A stretch of DNA of 64,000 nt from Giardia intestinalis. Taxonomy: Eukaryota. The position numbers were made by a program, and so were the translations under genes. Below the pieces are notes generated by a model. The model saw nothing but the letters and a program-made list of their open reading frames with translations. It did no database searches and was not told the DNA's origin. Shown here one piece after another: positions 20,597-29,686 of the stretch; the first letter of the stretch is position 1; the number at the start of each line of letters is the position of its first letter. The stretch is from NCBI GenBank assembly GCA_000002435.2, contig CM018793.1. The stretch is one strand, 5' to 3'.

Positions 20597-21807
20597 GCAG
20601 ATCTACGTTCCTGTTTCTGTGAAACTGGAACAATCGGGACCTATTCTTACCCTAGTTAGACTAGATAAATGGTTCCGCTTTATTAGTATTCGACTGAAAC
20701 CGCTCTAAATCTTGTTAGGTATAAATTCTTATCAGTGGCTATTTTCTGTCCCATGTCTAGGTCAGGACAGTAGCGTGCGCGAGTACACTTTGCGCGCCAC
20801 TGTAGAAAGATTCGTTGGGCCGGCGCTTTTGCGGTAGACGCTACAGCTAACAGTAGTGTCGCATATCTTATTCTACTAAGTATTTGTTTTAGAAGTTCAC
20901 TCTTCTTCCGAGCGATTTACAATCTCTCTACTATGTAGGTAAATAATATAACTAAAGGGGAAACTAAGCATAGTATTAATGTATACTTCTAGTAATCTGC
21001 ATACCTATGAGGTACGCCCAGCTGGTGCTATAGAGATTTGACCTCGGGCTAGTCTTCTTCGAAAAGATAAGCTAAACATAGTACAAAGATGGTGAGATGA
21101 GTAGTTAATAGCTCATGTAATGATAGTGACGTTGGCCATTAACCAATGGCTTTGTAGTTGCGTTTCCTATTAAGTTAGAATTAGAAAGAGATGGTATGAC
21201 AATTTCAGCGATTGCAAAAGAATCCGATTGTATGAGGTGGAACAATCTTCAAACTAAAAGTGAGAATGTGGTTGAAAGACTTGTGCACTTCGAAGCTTAC
21301 CTTTTAATGAATGCCAACCTATCTTCTAGAGTTTTGCTCTTCCAATGCCCATTCTACCTTTTTTATCTGAGCTACAAAAAACCCATTCATCTATGCATTA
21401 AAAGATGTATCACCTTTGCAGCTAGACACCGAGAATCAAGTGTGCATTCTTTCACAAGCTATACTTGCCGTGTAGAGGAGTAGCACGTTTCATGCATGCA
21501 ATACTAAATGTGACCTGTGGAGCCTAGCTCACTATAGACTGGCTACCTTTGGCGCCCAGCGCAGAGTTAATTACGTTGTGGCAGATCTATCTTCAAGGCT
21601 TGTGTCGGCTCATAGTACAGCCAGTTATATTCCGGAGTTCTAGGAATTGGTTTATTGTTCACTAAATATGGATGCATCATCACTGGCTGCAGATCACGAG
21701 CTTACTTACTTGTGCGACAGTCCGGTCAGCTGTCTTTGCAAATCGATACTTAGGGTCTGGGCCCACCGTGGGGCGGCGTATGCTAAGACGAAGGAAGGCG
21801 GGAAACG

Positions 21808-21879
21808 CTCCGGCGCCGGGAATCGAACCCGGATCTGTTGGGTGAGAACCAACCATTCTAGCCGTTATACTACGCCGGA
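21808..21879 (-). tRNA. Second copy of tRNA-Glu (CUC), inside IR arm B.
   Basis: Exact reverse complement of 10940-11011: ctccggcgccgggaatcgaacccggatctgttgggtgagaaccaaccattctagccgttatactacgccgga. Confidence 0.85.
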
Positions 21880-21946
21880 CTGGGGGCGCGCCAGATATAT
21901 TTATATTTTAATTCTTTTTATCAGAAGTACTTACAGAAGTGTTTAC

Positions 21947-22312
21947 TTATGAGTATGAGCTTGCGGGCCGCGCACAGCCCTCTGCGCTCGGTGGTGTCCA
22001 GGGACGGTCAGAGGCTGCCTTTGCGCCGCTTTGTGCCGCCATCTGCTCCCGCTCGAGGATCTCGACGTCCTGCAGACGGGCATCCAGAGGGCTGCGGGCA
22101 GAGGACTGGGGCGGGCACTGCGGGAACGGCCCCAGAGCTGGCTGCGCCTCGCTGGGGGCCCAGGTTGCCGACCCCCGAAGCCCGTCAGCAGCGAGGGCTT
22201 GCGCCTGGCTCTCGGCCGCCCCCAGCTGCGCGACCAGCATGCCGATCTGCGCCTGCTGGTCCTGGATGAGCTTCCGGTAGACGTGATTCTGCTGCTCCGT
22301 GTCTGCGATCAT
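21947..22312 (-). pseudogene. Orphan copy of the GC-rich C-terminal tail of the 21.1-like gene (MIADTEQQNHVYRKLIQDQQAQ...PASSYS). It lies immediately 3' of, and out of frame (+2) with, the stop of the 22363-27345 gene.
   Basis: 121-aa ORF identical to the C-terminus of 8428-10872. Preceded by the TAG stop of the upstream ankyrin gene, with no start context. Confidence 0.5.
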
Positions 22313-22362
22313 CCGGAGGTACTTCTCCCGGGACTCGATCCCGAGCGCGGTCTGCTGTGAAA

Positions 22363-25300
22363 CTACCGTGCTTTTTCGAAGGGAAGTAACAAGCGAATAA
22401 TTTCAGTTCTTTCTGCCTTTATAGCCAAATCAAGTGCAGTAGCCCCGTCAGCCCTCTCCACGCCAGATTCGTATTCTCTGAGCACACTTACGGCATTTTT
22501 GTTTCCCATTTGTGATGCGAGCATTAAGGCTGTTGTACCATCTGGCCTGACACATCCTACATGGCGCAACTGTCGCCTCAAAACTCCAATTGGTGCATTC
22601 GAAAGTACAGCTCTCATCAGAGGAGTATCATCATGGTGTTCTTTAAGTAGAGCATCGCCATAAGAATCTTCGGTCTCGATCTTATGATTCGTTGCTGTAT
22701 TAATGGAGGAAGCAATGCCAGATGAAGACTCTAGATATCCATCTAGTTTCCTATCTGCCATGAGCATTCTTAGCTTCTTATTAGTTTGAGAAAGAGCATC
22801 AAGTCTTTGTAATGCTCCATCATGCTCCTTGCTTAGCTGCTCATATGACTCCTTATACTCACTTAAATGGTTTCTAGTGGAAATAAGTTGCTGTTCGATA
22901 TCATGGACCTGCCTATTTAGAGCTGTCGTCGTTTCATCCATATGAGATTTGAGATTGATAAATGAATGCACTGTTCTATTCAGTTTATCTTGTAATTCCT
23001 GCTTCTCTGACTCTAATAGCTCAACTGTACTAGATAAATTAATATCAGGCTCGGTAGCAGTGTCTGTCTGTGTCTGCGCTATAAGTGCTGTTAATGCTAG
23101 GTTTTCGTTAGCAAGTTGAGAAGCAGATGTGCGTAACTCTAATTGCTCTCTACGAGCTACCTGAAGCTCTGATGTGATATTGGACAGTTCCCTCTCAAGT
23201 TGAAGCCCTCGGCTAGTTTCTAACTCCAGCTGCCTCTTGGCAGATTCTAATTCTATAGAAATCTCGTAATTCTTACCCTTTAGTTCATCTTTCTGTTGTT
23301 TGAGGTCCAGTAACTCTGCATTCCTCTTGTCACTTATAATGTTATCATGTTCAGTCAAAGCTATGCGCTCTTGAAGCTGATTTTCTGCCTTCCTTAGCAA
23401 TGCTGTAACGGTGCTTATTTGATTTTCCTTTGAAGCTAGCTCTTCACGAAGATACCGTATTTCGTTCTGATGAATAGATAGCTCATTCTCAGCGTTATCT
23501 ATGATATCACGTGTCGCTTCAGTTTCTAGTAATTCATGACGTAAAGAGCGATTGAGAAGTTCTGTCTGGTGCAACTTAGATTGTATAGATGCCATCTGAA
23601 TACTCAGATGTTGGACAGTTTGAACAAGTGAGTTAGGAACGGCTACTTTATCTACTTCTGTGTATTTTTGTATTGAGTTGGAAAGTGTGCGACTGAGAGA
23701 TAAATGGTTAAATGCAGAGTTTCTTGCATCTGTGCTTATATTACAAAGATCTAATGCTGAATCTTCCTCGTTTCCACCACAAATACTCTGTAGCAGCTCC
23801 GCATATTGTATCCCCGAGAGTGTTATAATAGAATCAGCAGGAGAAAGCTCCGAATAACAGTCATGTAAAGATACGTTCAGATCGCTCTTCTTTACCGTGG
23901 TTGTTTGAGAAGTGCTCCGGGGAACTATAATGTTAACAATACTCGGGTCAGCATCATATTCATTAATCTCATTCAAATTCTCTGCTTGTTGCATTATAAC
24001 ATCGCGTGCTGGCTGGTTGTCAACGTCTGCATTGGAATGCAATTTTGTTGATGTAGACTGATATATTGCTGTTTGAACAATCTTGTCGCTGAATTGTATC
24101 ACATCGTGGTTTTCTAAATTATCCACGGTTTGAGTCTCTGTTGAAATAGCATTTTGGCGTTGCAAAATGGTGCGCCGCAACTCAACTAATTGTGCATTAA
24201 CATCTAAGAGCTCATCTTGTAACTCATCATTTCGTATCTGTAATTCCTGTCTATTTTTAATTATAGAATCAGATGCATCTCTTGCACGTTGAACTTCACT
24301 TTGCAATTGCTGGATTCGAAGATCCTTTTCTTGCACTTCAAGGTTAAGCTTATGGATATGCTGTTGAAGCGTTTCTTCAGTCGTTTTGTTCGCTGACGCT
24401 AATAGCTGACCTGCTATTTGCTCATTTGCAATGGATAACTTATTCTGAAGGTCATCATTTTGAGTATTGAGGGAGTCACATAATTCCTCAAGGTAACGTA
24501 GTCGTGCAGAGGTATCAGATGTGGGCACATGTCCTTTGACATCATGTTCTTGAGATAAACTATATAGGCCTTTTGGAGCAGAGGCTATTTGGGTTTCTAG
24601 TTGTAAACTGGAAACATGAGGCTCAGGATTGGCCGATCCGGATGTATCTAGATGTACAAGTACAGATGAAAGTTGTATGGTATCTGAATCTGATATCGCA
24701 GGACGTTTGTCTGTCTGTGTAAGAGTTAGCACGTTGGCTGATTCTTCTAAATCTAAATAGTCTCGAATAATGTGTGTCGTCTGTCCATATGCATTATCTG
24801 ATCCACTAGACCTAGAGATACTTCTAGACAATATTAGGCTTTGAGCCATGATAGACCGATCAACCAGTTGACATGATTGATCCGAGATTTGTCTTAGCTT
24901 CTCTGATAGCTGCACAATCGTATCATTTGCTAACAGCAGATCGTGTTCTGCTTGGGTATTCAGAGCAATTTGTTCAGTAAGTTGAATAATTTGAACATCC
25001 TTGGCTTTAAGTAAAGGTATCATCTCCTGTAGGTTCTCTACTTCTAGCATCTTTTCTTCTAACTGTTTTTTTAAATCGACTAGGTCATCTGTCGAGTGGG
25101 CAGATGCAACAGTCTCGTATTCTGCTAATTTTGCATCTAAAATGTGAACCAGTTTGGATAGCTCATCATTCTCATCTCTCACTTGCTGTAGTTCTAACAT
25201 CACGGATTTGACATCAGTATTATCAGAAACATCAGCAAGTTTATCAGACACTGCACAATCTGGGGTACGTTGTAGCTCTTCCTCCCGACGTTTCTCTAAC

Positions 25301-27345
25301 TCTGTGATTTGCTCCTTGCTCTTTCTGAGCTCATCTTCTACAGATAACTTTGATAGCTTAACCTCCTCAAGCTGAAGAGAAAGGCTGGCTATCATTCTGG
25401 ACGTTCCTGAGGCATTTGTTACCTGACTAAGCTCCTCCAAGTCACGAATCTTCAAACGCTGATCATCAATAAGCTTTTCCTGTTCTGCCACTTTATCTCT
25501 TAGTTGGGTGATTGTCTCATCAACGGGAAATACTTCATTAACTGCGCTTTTTTCTAAAAATCTATAAATACTACTGTTCTTATCTATAACAATCGATGGA
25601 CTGGAAAACAAATTTGGAGCATTTAAGTCCAAGCCAAGACAATCGTTTTCCTGCATGCTTTTCAGGGTGTTCATAGATGCTCCCGATAGTCCACCATTAG
25701 GGCTAAGTAAAGAGTTGGTACTTTGAGAATCCTCCAAAATACTGCTCAGATCAGTTGGAGCAGCAATAGTAATCTTGGGTGACTCAGAGACTGCAGTTAA
25801 CACGGCGGAATTGTGGACAACCGAGGGTATGCCTGTGTGCTCATACGGGCTTGCAGTCCTAGTGAGTTGTCGTGAGGGTTCAATTGGAGAAAATGATAGA
25901 GGTTCTTCCTTTAATAAAAGAATAAGAGATTGTAAAACAGAAGACATTGCATCTGGTAGATTGGAATCGTAAATATTTGCAGATTGCACTAAAGCTTTAA
26001 GAGATTGGATTAAACCAGTGTGTTCTTGCGTCAGTGTATTAAGCTGTTCAGCCTGGTGCTGTGAGAGAGACTCGTGCTCAGACAACCGGGCCGTGAGATC
26101 AGTGATTGCTTTTTCCTTTTCTTCTAATTGGCCAAACAACAAACTGATTGCATCGTCTTCTTGTGTGAGTACCTGTTGAATATTTCCATTCTCATCCGTC
26201 AAAATAAGCTCCTTAGGAGCCTGCTCTGTATTCAGGCCAATGTTATCAGAAGCTATAGTCATAGAAGTGGACGCAGACTTGCGTTCAATCTGAATTTCTG
26301 CCTTCAAGTCAGTAATAGTCTTAGTTAGTATAGCAATAGTTCCATTTCTGAGCTCTAGCTCTTGATTTAGCAGAGCTATTTCGGCTTCCAACGTAACCTT
26401 GGCTGCTTCGTCGCTAGTTATCAGAAGGGGGTCGTTTTTAAGCAAAATATGGCCAATTTGCGATTGCATTTCTGATAGAGACAGCCGTAATCGAGTGTTT
26501 TCCTTCATTAAAGAGGCCAATTCAGGAGTTTGATTAGTCTGTAAAGATGCAGACTTAACTACTTGTTCTCCCGATGAGGTAATTATTTTATGGTCTAAAA
26601 TGTGGGCGCCTATTGTTAGAGATGCTACTTGTAATCTGAGACGTTCCAATTCTTCTTTTTGTGAACAAATAAGTGATGCTGCTGGGTATTCTTGCAACTT
26701 CCCATGTATCAATGACTCCAGCTGTTTCATCTCGTTATTCTGTCGAACAAATACATCACGAAGAACCGTGTTTGCATTCAGAAGCGCTTTGAGATCGTCG
26801 CGCTGCCGTACAACAAGAGATTGAAGGGAATCCAATTGAACATAAGCCTCAGACAGCTCGCTAACCATCTTCTTGACCTGCTCAGCGTTATACTCCTGAA
26901 CGCACGCAACGGTTTCAACCCGAAAGAGGAGTTCACCACTACCTTCACTGTCAGTGGAATTCTCCGTAGGAAGTTCCTTACTATAATACTGAGCCATAGC
27001 TCTCATAGCACGATAGCTACGAGACCAATGTGCCACATTGTATGCGGTGTATAGGTCCTTTAGGAGAATGTGGCCTTCCAAATCCAATAGGCAAAGACAC
27101 ACTTCCGGATTATCAGCTTCAGCAGCAAGCATTAGTGCTGTATAGCCCCGGTTGTCACAACAGCCTGCCTCGTGCTGCTTGAGAATATGCACCATACGAT
27201 AATCATTGCGCATTGCAGAGTACATAAGGCCTGTGAGACCGCTGGGAGTCTTAGTTCCCTTGTACCTAGCAAGGGAATGCTGAACAACTGCATAATCGGA
27301 CCGAAGAATGGCGTCAAACCAGCCTTCTTCATTCTCAATTAGCAT
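22363..27345 (-). CDS. Ankyrin-repeat + very long coiled-coil protein, Protein 21.1 family, 1660 aa.
   Basis: N-terminus MLIENEEGWFDAILRSDYAVVQ plus ankyrin repeats (GLTGLMYSAMRNDYRMVHIL; GYTALMLAAEADN). >1000 aa of heptad-rich sequence. C-terminal ankyrin repeats (GTTALMLASQMGNKNAVSVL; GATALDLAIKAERTEIIRLLL). Stop TAG ~5 nt from the IR boundary. Confidence 0.8.
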   Translation of the reverse strand: MLIENEEGWFDAILRSDYAVVQHSLARYKGTKTPSGLTGLMYSAMRNDYRMVHILKQHEAGCCDNRGYTALMLAAEADNPEVCLCLLDLEGHILLKDLYTAYNVAHWSRSYRAMRAMAQYYSKELPTENSTDSEGSGELLFRVETVACVQEYNAEQVKKMVSELSEAYVQLDSLQSLVVRQRDDLKALLNANTVLRDVFVRQNNEMKQLESLIHGKLQEYPAASLICSQKEELERLRLQVASLTIGAHILDHKIITSSGEQVVKSASLQTNQTPELASLMKENTRLRLSLSEMQSQIGHILLKNDPLLITSDEAAKVTLEAEIALLNQELELRNGTIAILTKTITDLKAEIQIERKSASTSMTIASDNIGLNTEQAPKELILTDENGNIQQVLTQEDDAISLLFGQLEEKEKAITDLTARLSEHESLSQHQAEQLNTLTQEHTGLIQSLKALVQSANIYDSNLPDAMSSVLQSLILLLKEEPLSFSPIEPSRQLTRTASPYEHTGIPSVVHNSAVLTAVSESPKITIAAPTDLSSILEDSQSTNSLLSPNGGLSGASMNTLKSMQENDCLGLDLNAPNLFSSPSIVIDKNSSIYRFLEKSAVNEVFPVDETITQLRDKVAEQEKLIDDQRLKIRDLEELSQVTNASGTSRMIASLSLQLEEVKLSKLSVEDELRKSKEQITELEKRREEELQRTPDCAVSDKLADVSDNTDVKSVMLELQQVRDENDELSKLVHILDAKLAEYETVASAHSTDDLVDLKKQLEEKMLEVENLQEMIPLLKAKDVQIIQLTEQIALNTQAEHDLLLANDTIVQLSEKLRQISDQSCQLVDRSIMAQSLILSRSISRSSGSDNAYGQTTHIIRDYLDLEESANVLTLTQTDKRPAISDSDTIQLSSVLVHLDTSGSANPEPHVSSLQLETQIASAPKGLYSLSQEHDVKGHVPTSDTSARLRYLEELCDSLNTQNDDLQNKLSIANEQIAGQLLASANKTTEETLQQHIHKLNLEVQEKDLRIQQLQSEVQRARDASDSIIKNRQELQIRNDELQDELLDVNAQLVELRRTILQRQNAISTETQTVDNLENHDVIQFSDKIVQTAIYQSTSTKLHSNADVDNQPARDVIMQQAENLNEINEYDADPSIVNIIVPRSTSQTTTVKKSDLNVSLHDCYSELSPADSIITLSGIQYAELLQSICGGNEEDSALDLCNISTDARNSAFNHLSLSRTLSNSIQKYTEVDKVAVPNSLVQTVQHLSIQMASIQSKLHQTELLNRSLRHELLETEATRDIIDNAENELSIHQNEIRYLREELASKENQISTVTALLRKAENQLQERIALTEHDNIISDKRNAELLDLKQQKDELKGKNYEISIELESAKRQLELETSRGLQLERELSNITSELQVARREQLELRTSASQLANENLALTALIAQTQTDTATEPDINLSSTVELLESEKQELQDKLNRTVHSFINLKSHMDETTTALNRQVHDIEQQLISTRNHLSEYKESYEQLSKEHDGALQRLDALSQTNKKLRMLMADRKLDGYLESSSGIASSINTATNHKIETEDSYGDALLKEHHDDTPLMRAVLSNAPIGVLRRQLRHVGCVRPDGTTALMLASQMGNKNAVSVLREYESGVERADGATALDLAIKAERTEIIRLLLPFEKAR

Positions 27346-27638
27346 TTTTCGGAACGTTAGAAGTAGTTTGTTTTGGCTTACGTCGACCCGGTACGTTAGC
27401 TCTTACTGATGTTGTTATCCTTATAGGCCATGACATCTAGTAAACATCTTTATGCTGTCTTTTGTGTAAACGAGCTGAGTCCTGCCAAATTGAACGGTTA
27501 ATTGTTATGATTAGTTGACACTCATAGAAGAGCCAGAGAAAGAAACCTGTATCTATGCATGTACTACTTGTACTGTTTGAATGAATAAGTTTCAGGCGTA
27601 GAACATGGAGATAGACCTAAAAGCTGATACAAAAGTTT

Positions 27639-29684
27639 ATGGAGAATGACGAGCGGAAAGCCAGCCTGTCAAGCCTTTTGAGGGAATTAGAGGACAATGC
27701 AGCCCTCAGGCTAAGGTGCTTAGCTCTTGAGGAAGAGATCCAGCGGCTTAGTTTAGTCTTACAGAATACACAACAGGCAAATGATATCTTCTCTCCAAGA
27801 CTCAATGACACTAGCAATACTGCAAATATTCCATGTGGTCTCTGCACTAGCATGCTTCCAAAAGTAGCAGAATTGCAGGGAGTAGTCAACGTGCTAAATG
27901 TAGCCGTAAAGGAAGCCGCGGCGTCTAATGACACACCATCATACCGGATTCCATCAACACTAACAGAAAGCCTCAGAGAGGATATTAGAAATGCTTATCT
28001 TTGGCTCCAACGGATGCTGGAGGCACATTCAGAAGAAATCCAAGAAGATTGCAATCTGAAACAAATATCTATAGAGATACTTAAATTGCTTGCGCAGAGG
28101 GGGGAGCATAATAAGTTACTAGAAAACTACAAAGCCTTGGCTGCTGAAAATGCCGAACTTATGAAACGTATTACACAGCTAGAATGTAGAGACAGAGTAG
28201 GGACAGTAGGTGAAAGGTACGAGGAGGACAGCGAAAAAGTTATGCCAGCTGAATGTGACGTTAAGTTATTAAACGATCAGATAACCACTTTGACTCATCG
28301 CGTCGAAGCTTTAACATTTTCGAACAGGTCTCTTAAGAACGAGTTGCTAATTAAAACAAAAAGTGCATCAGCTTTAGAGTCTAAGCTTGAGAACTATATT
28401 GCCATACAGCAAAGCTATCTGGCTGTATGCGACAAGATAGAGGAGCTATGCGAGCGCACCGTTTACAGCAATAGAGAAGATGATGCCAATCTGAATAATA
28501 ATTTATTAGTTCACAATATTTGTAATACTCTGACAATCGTAGCAGATCAGCTATTTGAGATCTCTGCCCTATTCACTCAAACCAGCCCTGCAGAAATGCA
28601 GCCAGTCCTTCATCAACAACCCCATTCCTGGGGAGTAACTAGCATAATAGCCCGGTGTGCTCAGCTTAAGGATATTAACCAAAGGCTGCAAATAGAATTG
28701 GAAACAACAAAATATGAACAGTTGCATAAATTTAAGGAGCAACAGGAAATAATTGGTGCTAAAGAGAGGTATATAGAAGAGCTACTTACGAAATTATCAA
28801 TAGAAAATACTCTGTGTGCACATAGTACCGATTCCCATCAGTCACCCCTTTCAGACAGCATCGACGATGTAAAAAATATTGAAGATCTACAGAAATTTAT
28901 AGAACACTTAGAACACACAGAAAGATCTACGGCCACTTTGAGCATAAACTCTTTGAAGCAGATTTTGGCCGCCGCAAAGTCTAACTCTCTGATGGCTGAG
29001 AGTGTATTAACTAGCATATCGTCATTACGAAATGATTTACCCATAGATACGTTGAGAAATCTATCAGTAACTCTGTCAACCGGTATCCGGGATGGCACAG
29101 AGCATTCTCTATCCATTGTCACGACATCAGAAGGAACTAATACTCCAATACGTTTAACTGAGAAGGAATACCATACCCTAAAGGAAACGATTTCTGGCTT
29201 GACCCATTTATTGTTGTGCTCCTCTGATACCCTTGGGGATCAAAAAGTTGAAGAGGAGTGTGAAGCTGAAGGATGTGGTGAACGTGACTATGTACTCGAA
29301 AATAAGCAATCTCCTGGCTCAATAGAAGAAGAGTTGCCCTTGGAAGAGACAAGCAAGGTGGCCTTAAGTGAAGCTGAGAGTATATTGTTGGATAAAGGTA
29401 AAAGCGATATAGCAAGTGAAGATAAAGACACAAGTCCTCCAGAGCAGTGCTCTTCTGACTCTGGAAAAACCACTGAGAAAGGTAGCACAAGCAAACCAAC
29501 TATAATAATTAAATCCTTGAAAAAGCCTGCCCATCAGAAGCGAAAAATAAGTGTCTGTCTTTCATCACCAAGTTCAAATCAGAGCTCCCAGAAGACGATA
29601 GACTCAAATTCCGAGGATGAGTTCAGCAAAGAAAAGTCTACAACAGATAGATGGAGGGCCCTAGATACCGAAGATATATGGTAA
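27639..29684 (+). CDS. Hypothetical coiled-coil protein, 681 aa, with an acidic/Ser-rich C-terminus. No recognisable catalytic domain.
   Basis: Long ORF with heptad-like leucine spacing (LRLRCLALEEEIQRLSLVLQNTQQ...). Divergently arranged from the upstream 21.1 gene. Confidence 0.55.
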   Translation: MENDERKASLSSLLRELEDNAALRLRCLALEEEIQRLSLVLQNTQQANDIFSPRLNDTSNTANIPCGLCTSMLPKVAELQGVVNVLNVAVKEAAASNDTPSYRIPSTLTESLREDIRNAYLWLQRMLEAHSEEIQEDCNLKQISIEILKLLAQRGEHNKLLENYKALAAENAELMKRITQLECRDRVGTVGERYEEDSEKVMPAECDVKLLNDQITTLTHRVEALTFSNRSLKNELLIKTKSASALESKLENYIAIQQSYLAVCDKIEELCERTVYSNREDDANLNNNLLVHNICNTLTIVADQLFEISALFTQTSPAEMQPVLHQQPHSWGVTSIIARCAQLKDINQRLQIELETTKYEQLHKFKEQQEIIGAKERYIEELLTKLSIENTLCAHSTDSHQSPLSDSIDDVKNIEDLQKFIEHLEHTERSTATLSINSLKQILAAAKSNSLMAESVLTSISSLRNDLPIDTLRNLSVTLSTGIRDGTEHSLSIVTTSEGTNTPIRLTEKEYHTLKETISGLTHLLLCSSDTLGDQKVEEECEAEGCGERDYVLENKQSPGSIEEELPLEETSKVALSEAESILLDKGKSDIASEDKDTSPPEQCSSDSGKTTEKGSTSKPTIIIKSLKKPAHQKRKISVCLSSPSSNQSSQKTIDSNSEDEFSKEKSTTDRWRALDTEDIW

Positions 29685-29686
29685 CA

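Larger units (their letters stand above)
20025..22357. repeat. Inverted-repeat arm B, the reverse complement of 10461-12794.
   Basis: See arm A. Boundaries were found by walking the alignment until it diverges: 12794/20025 on the HCMP side, 10461/22357 on the 21.1 side. Confidence 0.85.
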
